Source of the DNA: an uncultured Actinomycetes bacterium
GTDB lineage: Bacteria; Actinomycetota; UBA4738; JBBDTT01
DNA: 64,000 nucleotides
Direction: 5' to 3'
Assembly (NCBI GenBank): GCA_963742735.1
Contig: CAVUMN010000002.1
Coordinates: 160,694 to 224,693, forward strand
Below are positions 39,329 through 49,851 of this stretch, piece by piece. The notes under the pieces were generated by a model. It did not search any database, was not told the DNA's origin, and saw only the letters and a list, made by a program, of their open reading frames with translations. The number at the start of each line of letters is the position of its first letter. The stretch's first letter is position 1. Made by a program: the position numbers and the translations under genes.

Positions 39329-40807
39329 CTACTGCTTCTTCGGTTTTGGCTTCGGCTTCGGTGCGACCGCGGCCTTGATGGCCGAGAACGCGTCCACCAG
39401 CCCCCAGCCCCACGTGGTGTCGAAGCCCTTGGTGCCCATGTCCCGGGCGGTGGACTTCAGGATCGCCTGCACCCGTGCCGGCGTGAGCTTCGGGTTCGCC
39501 TCGAGGAGCAGGGCCACGACGCCCGCCGCGTGCGGGCACGACATCGACGTCCCGTCGAGCGGGATGTAGAAGGCGGTGTTGTTGAGCATGGCCGCGGGGT
39601 CGGCGTCTCCCGGCGGCGCCGGCCCGTCCAGGGTGGCCCCGACCGCCATGCCCAGCGGCCCGTAGATCCCCAGGCTCGGCCGGGTGGACCAGATGGCCTG
39701 GCCCGGAGCGACGATGTCGACCTGCCGGCCGCGGCTGGAGAACGAGGCGATCTCGCCCTCGGGGCACGACTCGAGCTTGCAGGACGCGCCGACCGTGATC
39801 ACCTCGGGAAGGGTCTCCGGGCCCGGGCCCACGGTTCCCTCGTCGGGCCCCGAGTTGCCGGCCGAGAACAGGACCACCAGGCCGGACTTCACGGCCTCCC
39901 GAACGATCAGGACGATGGGCTCCACCTCGGAGTCGACCTCGTAGATCCCCCACGAGTTCGTGACCGCTCGAACCCCGCCCGGGTAGACCGGGTCGTCCTG
40001 GTTCTCGATGATGTACTCGAACGCCACCAGGGCGTTGATCTCCCATCCGAAGTCGCACGGGATCGAGCAGTCGGCGCCCTCCCAGGCGTCCGCGATCTTC
40101 AGGTTGACCAGCGAGGCCTCCGGGGCGACGCCGCTGTAGTCGACGCCGCCCATGGCCGCCTCGCCGCTGCCGGCCACGATCCCGGCCACGTGGGTGCCGT
40201 GGCCGTAGGTGTCGATCGGGTTGCCGGTGGCCTCGGACAGCTGGTCCGAGTACAGCCCGTCGTTGATCATGTCGAAGAACCAGCTCGGCTCGAAGTTCAG
40301 GTGCTGGACCACCTGCTCGTCCAGGTCCGGGTGCGTAGAGTCGATGCCGGTGTCCATCACCGCGACCGTCACGCCCTTGCCGGTGTAGCCGCGCTTCAGC
40401 GGCTTGGCTCCCGCCCGCGCCTCGTACACGTTCGTGTCGTCCTTCGCCCCGTAGTTGTCCCCGTGGATCGGGGTGTCCGAGTCGACGTAGGCGACGTCGG
40501 TCCACCGGGCGATGGCCAGGTACGCCGACCGCGGCCCCAGGACGCCCACGGCGTCGATCGTGTCCAGCCGCACGGCGTGGGTGATCCCCACGGCCGAGAG
40601 GCGGCGGATGGTCGCCGCGTCCACGTCGTGGCGGAACCCGACGATCGCCCGAGGAGAGGCGCCCTCCGCCAGGATCTCGCGGTCGAAGGTGACCGGGAGG
40701 ACGACGCCGTCGATGGCCGGCGAGGCCGACCCGGGATTCGCCGCGAACAGCGCCGCGGTCAGCGCGAGTGAGAGCAGCAGGACGAGGGAGGAGCGAGCGC
40801 GTGTCAT
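39329..40807 (-). CDS. secreted S8 subtilisin-like peptidase
   Basis: VAVMDTGID, HGTHVAG, SAGNSG, GTSMSCPH. Confidence 0.93.
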   Translation of the reverse strand: MTRARSSLVLLLSLALTAALFAANPGSASPAIDGVVLPVTFDREILAEGASPRAIVGFRHDVDAATIRRLSAVGITHAVRLDTIDAVGVLGPRSAYLAIARWTDVAYVDSDTPIHGDNYGAKDDTNVYEARAGAKPLKRGYTGKGVTVAVMDTGIDSTHPDLDEQVVQHLNFEPSWFFDMINDGLYSDQLSEATGNPIDTYGHGTHVAGIVAGSGEAAMGGVDYSGVAPEASLVNLKIADAWEGADCSIPCDFGWEINALVAFEYIIENQDDPVYPGGVRAVTNSWGIYEVDSEVEPIVLIVREAVKSGLVVLFSAGNSGPDEGTVGPGPETLPEVITVGASCKLESCPEGEIASFSSRGRQVDIVAPGQAIWSTRPSLGIYGPLGMAVGATLDGPAPPGDADPAAMLNNTAFYIPLDGTSMSCPHAAGVVALLLEANPKLTPARVQAILKSTARDMGTKGFDTTWGWGLVDAFSAIKAAVAPKPKPKPKKQ

Positions 40808-40833
40808 GACGTTCCTTTCGGTGTGGTGAGAGG

Positions 40834-42249
40834 TCACGTACCGAAGCTCGGGCCGCCCACCTGCCGGACGAACCCGGGGAGGGCCACCATCCCGCCGCGG
40901 CTCGTGTCGCTGTAGCCCGCATACATCCGGCCCCGGCTGTCGATCTCGATCGTGAAGAAATCGCCGAGTCGCCGGTCGATCAGCTGCGCCTGGCAGGTGG
41001 TACCGCCCTGGCACATCGTCCCCGAGTGGATCGGGTCGGGTGTGGCCACCGTCACGCGGAACGACGGGTCGCGGGAGGCCCTGCACCCCAGCCCGGTGAG
41101 GGTCTGGGCGGCGACGACCCGCCACTCGTGGTCGCCCACGGTCTCGGCGTCGTGATCCGGCAGGGCCGCGGACGCCTCGAACCAGGCCAGGGCGACCTTG
41201 CCCTTCGCCCCTACGGCGAGCCACGGCCACAGCGCGGTGTTCTGGCTCTCGTTGACCTTCACGGGCTTGGACCAGGTCTTGCCCCGGGTCTTGGAGTACG
41301 CCAACCAGATGCCGGCCGGGCGGCCGCCCCCGCCGGACTCGTCCCACACCATGTACAGGTTGCCGGCCGGGTCGACGTCGAAGGACGGCCAGTGGGCGAG
41401 CATGTCCACGCCCTCCGCGACCGTGTTGAGCTCAAGGGTCATGTCTCCGGCCCGCGCGCCGCGGTACGCGGCCAGCGAGAGCAGACCGGCGCTGGCGTCG
41501 TAGTAAGCCTCGTACAGCGCCCCGTTCCGCTTGTCGACCTGCAGGTCTCCCAGCCCGTTGCCGTCGGGGAGGCCTTCGGACCAGCTCTTGCCCGCGTCGG
41601 TGCTGCGGTAGAGGGTGTGCCCGTTGTTGCCCACGGGCCGGGTCGGGAACGTGCCGCCGCCGAGGTTGTTGCCGACCATGTAGACGACGCCCGGCCGGTC
41701 GGCCTCCATCCACTGGCGGTCCGACAGCACCTGGCCGAAGAAGTTCTGGAGCTGGTAGGACCGGCCCGAGTAGTTCGAGGCGGAGACCGCAACGTTGACC
41801 AGGTTGATCTCGGACTCGTAGACCGTCCCCGCGCTGTCGATCGCGAACTCGGGATCGGAGAACCCCGTCAGGGGGACGTTCGTGGGAGCGTCGTTGCGCG
41901 GAGCGAAGTTCCAGGTCGTTCCGTGGTCGGAGCTCCAGTACAGGTAGGTCTGGCCGCGGTAGTTCTGCGGGTACGCCACGCTGTTCTCACTGGGGATCTC
42001 CGGCGAGTAGAAGAGGGTGGTGCTGGCGTGGGCGCTGTAGAGGAGCGTCCCGTCGGGGTGGGTCTCGACGGTCGGCTCGCCGCCCGCCCGCCCGGTGTCC
42101 ACGAACGTCTGCGGGGCGAATCGCAGCGGCGCGGAGGGCTTGGGACAGCTCGGAGCCGACGACGCGGCGGTGGTGCCGGTCAGCGTGGCCGAGAGCAGGG
42201 CCGCCGTCAGGACGGCCAGGGCGAGGGTGAGCGAGCGGGTGCGGCGCAT
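40834..42249 (-). CDS. secreted Asp-box (BNR) beta-propeller, sialidase-like
   Basis: SSDHGTTW, STDAGKSW, SKTRGKTW; signal peptide. Confidence 0.8.
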   Translation of the reverse strand: MRRTRSLTLALAVLTAALLSATLTGTTAASSAPSCPKPSAPLRFAPQTFVDTGRAGGEPTVETHPDGTLLYSAHASTTLFYSPEIPSENSVAYPQNYRGQTYLYWSSDHGTTWNFAPRNDAPTNVPLTGFSDPEFAIDSAGTVYESEINLVNVAVSASNYSGRSYQLQNFFGQVLSDRQWMEADRPGVVYMVGNNLGGGTFPTRPVGNNGHTLYRSTDAGKSWSEGLPDGNGLGDLQVDKRNGALYEAYYDASAGLLSLAAYRGARAGDMTLELNTVAEGVDMLAHWPSFDVDPAGNLYMVWDESGGGGRPAGIWLAYSKTRGKTWSKPVKVNESQNTALWPWLAVGAKGKVALAWFEASAALPDHDAETVGDHEWRVVAAQTLTGLGCRASRDPSFRVTVATPDPIHSGTMCQGGTTCQAQLIDRRLGDFFTIEIDSRGRMYAGYSDTSRGGMVALPGFVRQVGGPSFGT

Positions 42250-42320
42250 GCGGGTTCTCCTCCGCGTTGAGGGCGGTCAAGGGGTGTTTCTACGCGCCGG
42301 CGCGCGTTCCCTGCCGGGCC

Positions 42321-43023
42321 TCAGGCGGGAGCGTGGGCCACGCTCGTCCACGCCCCGGCGATCTCCGGCAGGGGGGCCACGAGCCGGCCCTCGAAGACCT
42401 CCGCGAAGCGAGCGCTGACCGGCCCCGTGGCCTCGTCGATCCCGATACGGCGGCCGCCGAGCACCGACAGCGATCCCACCGTCCGATCGGTCAGGCCGCA
42501 CGGGACGATGGCGTCGAACCAGGCGCAGGTCGGTGTCGCAGTTGATCGCGAAGCCGTGCAGGCTCACGCCGCGCGAGACGCGGACGCCGATCGCGCACGA
42601 CCTTCCGGTCGCCCGCCCACACGCCGGTGTGCTCGGCGTCGCGGTGCAGTCGACACCCCGAGGTCGGCGGCCGCGCGGATCACGACCTCCTCCAGGGCCC
42701 GGAGGTGAGCGATCACGTCCATGGCCGGGCCGAGGTGCACGATCGGATAGCCCACCAGCTGTCCGGCCCGTGGAACGTGACGCTTCCGCCCCGGTCGACG
42801 AAGTGCAGCTCCGCGCCGGAGCGCTCGATCTCGTGCCTCGGCGAGCAGCAGGTGGGCGGGATCGGAGCGGCGGCCGGCCGTGTAGGTGGGCGGGTGCTCG
42901 AGCAGGACGAGGGTGTCCGGGAATCTGGTCCCGGGCGCGCCGCTCGGCGAGCGCGTGCATGGCCCGGTACGCGCCGGCGTAGCCGGACGGGACCCCGGGC
43001 TGCAGCAGCGCGAGCCGGCGCAT
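42321..43023 (-). CDS. lipB: octanoyltransferase (several frameshifts)
   Basis: Pieces LLEHPPTYTAGR, GYPIVHL, CAIGVRVSRGVSLHGFAINC across frames. Confidence 0.88.
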
Positions 43024-43027
43024 CAGC

Positions 43028-44493
43028 TCAGGTAGGCCTGGACCTCCGGGGTGAAGTCCCACGTCTCCAGGTTCTGCTTCAGCCGGCCCAGGAACTGTGC
43101 GGCGGTGGCGCCGTCGATCATGCGGTGGTCCCAGGACATGGACAGGTAGACCATGTGGCGGATCCCGATCATGTCGTCGACGACGACCGGACGCTTCTCG
43201 ATCGCGTCGAACGCGAGGATCGCCGTCTCGCCCGGGATTCATGATCGGCACGCTGATCATCGAGCCGTACGGGCCCGGGTTGGTGATCGTGAACGTGCTG
43301 CCGTGGACCTCGTCGGGTAGGAGCTTCTTGTTCCGGGTCCGGGTGGCCAGGTCGTTGATCGCCCGGGCGATCCCGGTCACGTTCATGGTGTCTGTGCCCT
43401 TGATCACCGGGACGATGAGGCCGTTGTCGGTGGCCACCGCGACCCCCAGGTTGACGAAGCCGCGGTAGGTGATCGGTCCCGGCCTCCAGGTCGAGGCTGC
43501 GCGTTGACGTCGGGGTAGGTGAGCAGCGCGTCGCACACGGCCCGGGTCAGGAACGGCAGGTAGGTGAGGTGAAGCCCTCCCGGGCCTTGAAGCCGTCCTT
43601 CGCCTTCGCCCGGAGCTTGACGAGGTTCTCCATGTTGACCTCGACCATGTTCCAGGCCCGGGCCGAGCTCTGGAGGCTGGCCACCATGTTCTCCGCGATC
43701 CGCTTGCGGATGTTGGGGACTGGCGCGACCTCCTCCTGCCCGCCCATCGACGGCGGGCTTCGAGGCGGCGGCCGGGGCGGAGCCGGGTGGCCCGGCGGGT
43801 ACGGCGGCCGGTGGCTGCTGCCGGGGCGCTGGTGCGGCCGCTGGCTGGGCCTGCGCGCCGCCGACTCGATGAACGCCAGGATGTCCTTCTTCGTGATCCG
43901 CCCCCGGTGCCGGTGCCCGGCCACCGGTCGAGGTCGATGCCGTGCTCCTCCGCCAGCCTGCGAACGAGCGGAGAAAGGATGTGGCTGCGCGGGCCCTCCC
44001 GTGGGTGCGGAAGCCGGTGCGGCTTCCGGCGGCCGGCGCGGCCTGCGGAACGGCTGCGCGCCGGCGCGGGCGCGGCCGGCGGCGGGGCCTCGTCCGGCGG
44101 GCCGCCGTTGCGCCGTGCCGGCGCCGGAGGGGGGCTCGGCCTTGCTGCCGGTCTGCTCGGCGGCGGGGCGTCGGCCTCGGCGGGCTCCGCTGGCCGGCTT
44201 TGCCTCGGCCGATGTTCCGCGGCCGGCGCCGCTCGGCCGGCTGCGCCGTCGCCCGCCTCCTCGACCTCCGCCAGCTCGGTGCCGACGCTCACGGTCTCGC
44301 CCTCAGGGACCTTGATGGACTTGGTGACCACGCCGCCGACGGGCGAGGGGACCTCGGTGTCGACCTTGTCGGTTGAGATCTCGAACAGCGGCTCGTCGCG
44401 CTCGACGGTGTCGCCCTCGGCCTTGAGCCACTTCACGATCGTGCCCTCGACGACCGTCTCTCCCAGCTGCGGCATCGTCACGGTGGTCGGCAC
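43028..44493 (-). CDS. dihydrolipoamide acyltransferase E2 (several frameshifts)
   Basis: Lipoyl domain EISTDKVDTEVPSP, LSPLVRRLA, TFTITNPG, WDHRMIDG. Confidence 0.92.
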
Positions 44494-44508
44494 GTCACAG
44501 CCTCCTTG

Positions 44509-45899
44509 TCAGTGCCCCGCGTGGAACGGCTTGCCGGCGGCGATCATCGCGGCCTCGCCGATCGCCTCGGACAACGACGGATGGGGATGGATCAGCGCGG
44601 CCACGTCCGAGGGCAGCGCCTCCCAGTTGGTGATGAGCTCGGCCTCCGCCACCAGGTCGGTGACGTGCGGCCCGATCAGATGGACGCCGACGATCGGCCC
44701 GTCCTTCTCCACGACCAGCTTCACCTGGCCTCCCTCGCCGACGATGTTCGCCTTCCCCAGCCCCTGCAGGTTGAACTTCGCCGTCGTGACCTCGAGCCCG
44801 CGCTCCTTGGCCTGGGCCTCGGTGAGCCCCACCGACGCGACCTCGGGCGAGCAGTACGTGACCCGGGGGATGCCGACGTAGTCGATCTCCGGCGCGTCCT
44901 GGCCGGCGATCCGCTCCGCGCACGCGATCCCCTCCGCGAACGAGACGTGGGCGAGCTGCAGCGTCGGGATCACGTCCCCGACCGCCCACACGCCCTCGGC
45001 GTCGGTCTGCAGGCGCGGGTTCACGACGATGTAGCCGCGCTCGTCGAGCTTCACGCCCGCCTCCTCGAACCCCAGGTCCTTGGTGACCGGGCCACGGCCG
45101 ATGGCGACCAGGCAGATGTCGGCCGTGACGGTCTCGGTCTTGCCGTTCGTCCGAACGAGACCTCGACGGCCTTCCCGGTGTCCTTCACGTCCTCGACCTT
45201 CGCGCCGACGTGCGTCGCGATCTGCGCTTGCGGAAGGCGCGGGCCAGCTCCTTGGACATGTCCTCGTCCTCGAGCGGGACGAGCCGGGGAAGGGCCTCGA
45301 CGACCGTGACCTCGGCGCCGAGCGAGCGGTACACGCTGGCGAACTCCACGCCGACCGCGCCGGCTCCGATGACCACCGCCGACGGACGGGATCGAATCCA
45401 GCTCCAGGGCCTGGTCGCTGGTGATGATCCGTTCGGTGATCTCCAGGCCGGGGAGCATGCGCGGGTACGAGCCCGTGGCCAGCACGACGTGCTTGGCCTG
45501 CAGCGTCCGGCCGTCGACCTCGACCGTCCGGTTGGCGCCCAGGCGGCCGGTGCCCTTGACGATCTCGATCTTGCGGGACTTCACCAGCCCGGCCAGCCCG
45601 GACGTGAGCTTGTCGACCATCTTCTCCTTGTACGTCTGGATGCCCGGCCAGTCCGGCTCGCCGGAGGCCTTGATGCCGAAGTCCTCGGAGCGGTTGATGT
45701 CGTCCAGGATCGCGGCGGACTGCAGCAGGGCCTTGGTGGGGATGCATCCCCGCAGCAGACACGTGCCGCCGAGGCGGTCGTCCTTCTCGACGAGGGCGGT
45801 CGAGAGCCCGAGCTGTGCCGCGCGTAGAGCGGTGGAGTAGCCACCGGTTCCCGCGCCGAGGACGACGACGTCGAAGGCGTCTCCGGGCATCCCCGGCAT
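44509..45899 (-). CDS. lpdA: dihydrolipoyl dehydrogenase (frameshifts)
   Basis: [40 protein letters not shown]. Confidence 0.95.
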
Positions 45900-45933
45900 A
45901 CTACCGCCCGGCGTTCACACGAAAGGATCCGGG

Positions 45934-47043
45934 ATGGCTGAGGCAACGGGCCCGCTGAAGCGCTCGCCGCTCGAGGCCGAGCACGTCGCCCTCGGCGCGA
46001 AGATGGGGCCGTTCGCGGGCTGGAACATGCCCATCGAGTACGCCGGAACCCTGAAGGAGCACCGGGCCGTGCGCGAGGCCGTCGGCCTGTTCGACCTGAC
46101 CCACCTCGGCAAGGTGTTCGTCGAGGGCGACGGCTCGCTCGACCTGCTGCAGCACGCCTTCTCGAACGACATCGCGAAGATCGAGATCGGGGCCGCCCAG
46201 TACAACCTGTGCCTGAACGGGAACGGCGGGATCGTCGACGACGTCATCGTTTACCGGCTGGGCGAGATGCGGTGGCTGGTCGTCCCGAACGCGGCGAATC
46301 GAGAGAAGGTCCACGGGCTGATGCAGGACAGCGCGCGCGAGACGGGCGCCGGCGCCCTGGCCACGATCGAGGACTGGGTACTGCTCGCCCCCCAGGGGCC
46401 GCGGTCGAAGGAGCTCGTCGTCCCGCAGTTCGCGCAGGCCGAGCCCCTCGAGTACATGCACTGCACCGATGCGAGCTACGCGGACGCTCCAGCGGTCGTG
46501 TCCCGCAGCGGCTACACCGGCGAGGTCGGCTACGAGCTGATCGTCCCCTCCGCCACCGCCCCGGCCCTGTGGCGGGAGCTCCTCGAGCGGGGCGCGGACC
46601 TGGGCATCAGGCCGATCGGCCTCGCCGCCCGAGACACCCTGCGCCTGGAGATGGGCTACCCCCTGCACGGGAGCGACATCGACGAGTCCACAACGCCGTT
46701 GCAGGCCGCGTCCTCGTGGGCCGTTGCGTTCGACACCGACTTTCGCGGCAAGGAGGCCCTCGTCAAACAGAAGGAGGAGGGCATCCCGGACCGGCTGTGG
46801 GGCCTGCGGATGGTGGACAAGCTCATCCCGCGCGCGCACTACCCGGTGTTCGCCGGCGACGAGCAGGTCGGGGAGACGACGAGCGGGACGTTCAGCCCGA
46901 CCCTTCGGATCGGGATCGCGATGGCCTACCTGGCTCCGCGCGACCGGTTCGCGCCGGGCGACCGGGTCGAGATCGACGTCCGTGGGAAGCGAGGCGAGGC
47001 CGAGGTCGTGAAGCTCCCCTTCGTCGAGTCCAGCCCCAAGTAG
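45934..47043 (+). CDS. gcvT: glycine cleavage system T protein
   Basis: FAGWNMPIEY, GLFDLTHLG, SRSGYTGEVGYE, ARDTLRLEMG. Confidence 0.96.
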   Translation: MAEATGPLKRSPLEAEHVALGAKMGPFAGWNMPIEYAGTLKEHRAVREAVGLFDLTHLGKVFVEGDGSLDLLQHAFSNDIAKIEIGAAQYNLCLNGNGGIVDDVIVYRLGEMRWLVVPNAANREKVHGLMQDSARETGAGALATIEDWVLLAPQGPRSKELVVPQFAQAEPLEYMHCTDASYADAPAVVSRSGYTGEVGYELIVPSATAPALWRELLERGADLGIRPIGLAARDTLRLEMGYPLHGSDIDESTTPLQAASSWAVAFDTDFRGKEALVKQKEEGIPDRLWGLRMVDKLIPRAHYPVFAGDEQVGETTSGTFSPTLRIGIAMAYLAPRDRFAPGDRVEIDVRGKRGEAEVVKLPFVESSPK

Positions 47044-47046
47044 GGC

Positions 47047-47517
47047 CTACTGGTCTCGCAGGATGCGGGCGTCGCACCAGGACTGCATCTCCGCGCCGTC
47101 CGCCGCGTTCGCGTACGCCAGCCCCGTGAAGCCATGCCCGCCCTCGAACTCGTTGACCGGGGCGGCGTCCCGCCGCAGTTGGTAGAGGTGCGAGGTGACC
47201 GCGCGGTCGCCCTCGGTCACGTGGATGGACAGCGACCGGCCCTCGAACTCGTCGTCGGAATAGCGGGCCTCGAAGGTGAGCTTTGCCCGCTCGACGCGGG
47301 CCACGTCGCCGTCGCTCACCAGGATGAGGATCTCGCCCTCATCGGGGCTCTCCTCGACCGAGTCGCGGTAGAAGACGTGGCAGGCGATCTCCAGGTCGAC
47401 CGGGGCTCCCTGGATGGTCGGCGTCGGCGTGTCGGGTCGGATCGTGCTCCCCGGGGCTTCCAAGGTGCCGGCGCACCCGGCCAGGAGCAATCCCAGGAGT
47501 CCGGCGATCCTTCGCAT
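47047..47517 (-). CDS. hypothetical lipoprotein
   Basis: Lipobox LAGC; EFEGGHGFTGL. Confidence 0.7.
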   Translation of the reverse strand: MRRIAGLLGLLLAGCAGTLEAPGSTIRPDTPTPTIQGAPVDLEIACHVFYRDSVEESPDEGEILILVSDGDVARVERAKLTFEARYSDDEFEGRSLSIHVTEGDRAVTSHLYQLRRDAAPVNEFEGGHGFTGLAYANAADGAEMQSWCDARILRDQ

Positions 47518-47551
47518 GTCCGTTCGACGTTGTGTCGGGGAAGGAGGTTCC

Positions 47552-47704
47552 TCACCACCCACAGCAAGGGCGAATGAAGCCGCACGCCGTGCACTTCGAG
47601 TGCGCGTGCTCGGGGACCATTGCGGGCTCGCCGCACGCGTCGCAGATGTCGCCCTGCTCGAGCGAACACCCGTCGACTCGCGGGATCAGGGTCTCCTGAT
47701 CGAG
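47552..47704 (-). CDS. small Cys-rich zinc-finger protein, 5' end cut at junction
   Basis: CDACGEPAMVPEHAHSKCTACGFIRPCCGW. Confidence 0.55.
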   Translation of the reverse strand, partial: LDQETLIPRVDGCSLEQGDICDACGEPAMVPEHAHSKCTACGFIRPCCGW

Positions 47705-47871
47705 TGATCGAGCCGGCAAACAGACGCAGAACGCCACATCGAATGATCCAACGGGCGCTTCGCGACGAGTGCCTCAACGAGCGCTGGTTTACCAGCGTGG
47801 CCCATGCCCTGGCCGTCATCGAGACCTGGCGACGGGAATACAACGAGGAGCGACCGAAGAAGGGCCTTGGT
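47705..47871 (+). mobile_element. IS3-family transposase C-terminal fragment
   Basis: Frameshifted IEPGK..QNA.IE..NG then RDECLNERWFTSVAHALAVIETWRREYNEERPKKGLG. Confidence 0.82.
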
Positions 47872-48029
47872 AGTGCTGTCGGGGGTGCGGAAGACTTCAG
47901 TCACACGTCGCGAGCCGCGGACGAAGTTTCAAGAATCTTTCAAGTTCGGCCCGAACGAGGCATCGGGCAGCACGAAGCTCCCGCCGACGAATCGGCGGGA
48001 AGTAGTTGAGAGCTTGTGCTTTGGAGAGA

Positions 48030-48104
48030 TGGTACCGGTACGGGGAATCGAACCCCGGTCCCGTGGCTGAGAACCACGTGTCCTGACCCCTAGACGATAC
48101 CGGC
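48030..48104 (-). tRNA. tRNA-Glu (CTC)
   Basis: Reverse complement GCCGGTATCGTCTAG...TTCTCAG...GTTCGATT...TACCGGTACCA. Confidence 0.95.
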
Positions 48105-48186
48105 ACACGGGGGCACGAACTTCGAATTGTAGCCAGCCGGTGCCCGTGCCGTCAACAGCGCGGGTAAAATTCGGTCATGTCACGCG

Positions 48187-48442
48187 ATGTCCCGCGCCTC
48201 CGCACTCGATTCGTGGACGCCCGAGGCGATCGGCGCTCGGCCGACGATGGGTGCAGGCCTGGAAGGACGCGGGGCCGAGACTCGACGCCATCAGGCGGCG
48301 CGAACTCCGGGACTCCGACCCCTACCAGGCCATCGCCAGCCTCTGCGGCCCAGCCGACTACCGCGCCGCGCCGCGGGCGCCCAAGCCGACCTCCGGACTC
48401 GTCGAGCAGCAGCGGCTGTTCGCCCGCGGACGCCTGGCGTGA
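48187..48442 (+). CDS. small hypothetical partner of downstream nucleotidyltransferase (frameshift near 48228)
   Basis: MSRASALDSWTPEA / GRRWVQAWKDAG...SGLVEQQRLF; GTGA overlap with next gene. Confidence 0.6.
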
Positions 48443-49009
48443 ACGCCGTCATCGCCGCCGCAGCCGAGCTGCAGGCCGTCTGCGAAGGGGAGGGCTGGCG
48501 TTTCTACCTGATCGGCGGCGTAGCGCTCCAACGTTGGGGCGAGGCCCGTGAAACCGTCGACGTCGACCTGACACTGCTCACCGGTTTCGGCGCCGAGGCG
48601 CCGTTCATCGCCCGACTCACCGCGGTGTTCAGTGCTCGGATCGACGACGCGGCCGCGTTTGCCCTGGCCAACCGTGTCCTCCTGCTGCGCACCGCGAGCG
48701 GCGTCGGGCTCGATGTCGCGCTGGGCGGTTTGCCTTTCGAAGCGCGGGCAATGGAGCGCTCGTCGCCATTCCGTTTCCCGCCGACGACGTCCACCTGCGG
48801 ACCTGTTCAGCCAAGGATATCTCGTCATCCTCAAGGTCTTCGCCGACCGGCCCCGGGACTGGCTCGATGTGGAAGGCATTCTCGTTCGCCAGGCGGGTCG
48901 GCTGGACTGGTCCATCATCGGGGATGAACTGGCGCCGCTCCTGGAGCTGAAGGAAGCACCGGAACTGTTCGACCGCCTCGACAGGATGCGGCGGCAGCTC
49001 CAAGCCTGA
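48439..49009 (+). CDS. AbiEii-like nucleotidyltransferase (frameshifted)
   Basis: LIGGVALQRWG..RETVDVDL, VILKVFADRPRDWLDV. Confidence 0.75.
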
Positions 49010-49048
49010 CGGCGCGCTGCGGCGGGGGAGTCCGGTAGAATCACGCCG

Positions 49049-49845
49049 ATGCGAAAGGTCCTGGCGGTCCTCGTTCTCCTGCTGCTGATTGCCGGCGGCG
49101 TCTGGGTCATGGCCGGCCGACAGGAAGGGCCGACCCTCACCTTCAGCAAGCCCAGCGCCCTCATCGGCCAGGGCGGCGACCTCGAGCTCAAGATCGATCC
49201 GCACGGCTCGCCGCTCGAGACGCTGACCTGGCTCTCGAGCAGGACGGCCAGCGCACCCCGCTGTTCGCTCTGCCTGGCGGGGCCCAGACCAAGCTGGTTC
49301 AGCAGGCGGACGGGACGCTGCTCCTGCAGCGCCCGGTCGGCAAGCGGCCATCCCCGCGCTCAAGGCGGGGAAGGCGACGTTCATCGCCACCAGCTCGCGC
49401 AAGGTGCTCTTCGGGCGGCGCGAGGTCTCGTCGGAAGCGTCGCGCGACGCCGAGGTGCGGCTCATTCCGCCGCAGGTCGCCGTCGTCTCGACGCACCACT
49501 TCGTCAACCACGGCGGCTCGGAGCTGGTGGTCTACCGGGTGACCCCGGCCGACGTCGAATCGGGCGTCCGCGTCGGCGACATCAGCTATCACGGCTACCA
49601 GGCCTCGTCGGCCGGCGTCAGCGGCGCGGATGCCGGGCTCAAGGTCGGCTTCTTCGCCCTCATGTGGGACCAGGACCTGGCCGCGCCGGTGCGGGTCTAG
49701 GCGCGTGACGCGGCTGGCAACGAGGGCATGGCGTCGGTCGAGGTCAAGGTCTTCCCGAAGCCGTTCCGCAAGAGCCGCATCGACGTCGACGACGCGTTCC
49801 TGGCCAAGGTCGTCCCGCCAATCCTCGCGGCGACGCCCAACCAGT
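49049..49845 (+). pseudogene. N-terminal part of M23-peptidase-like membrane-anchored protein, broken and truncated
   Basis: TM anchor; NHGGSELVVYRV, FPKPFRKSRIDVDDAFLAKVVP; catalytic domain missing, so family is inferred. Confidence 0.55.
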
Positions 49846-49851
49846 CTGCGC

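Noticed and set aside
43740-44260. GC-rich low-complexity repeats
   Set aside because: Encode Ala/Pro linkers of the E2 subunit
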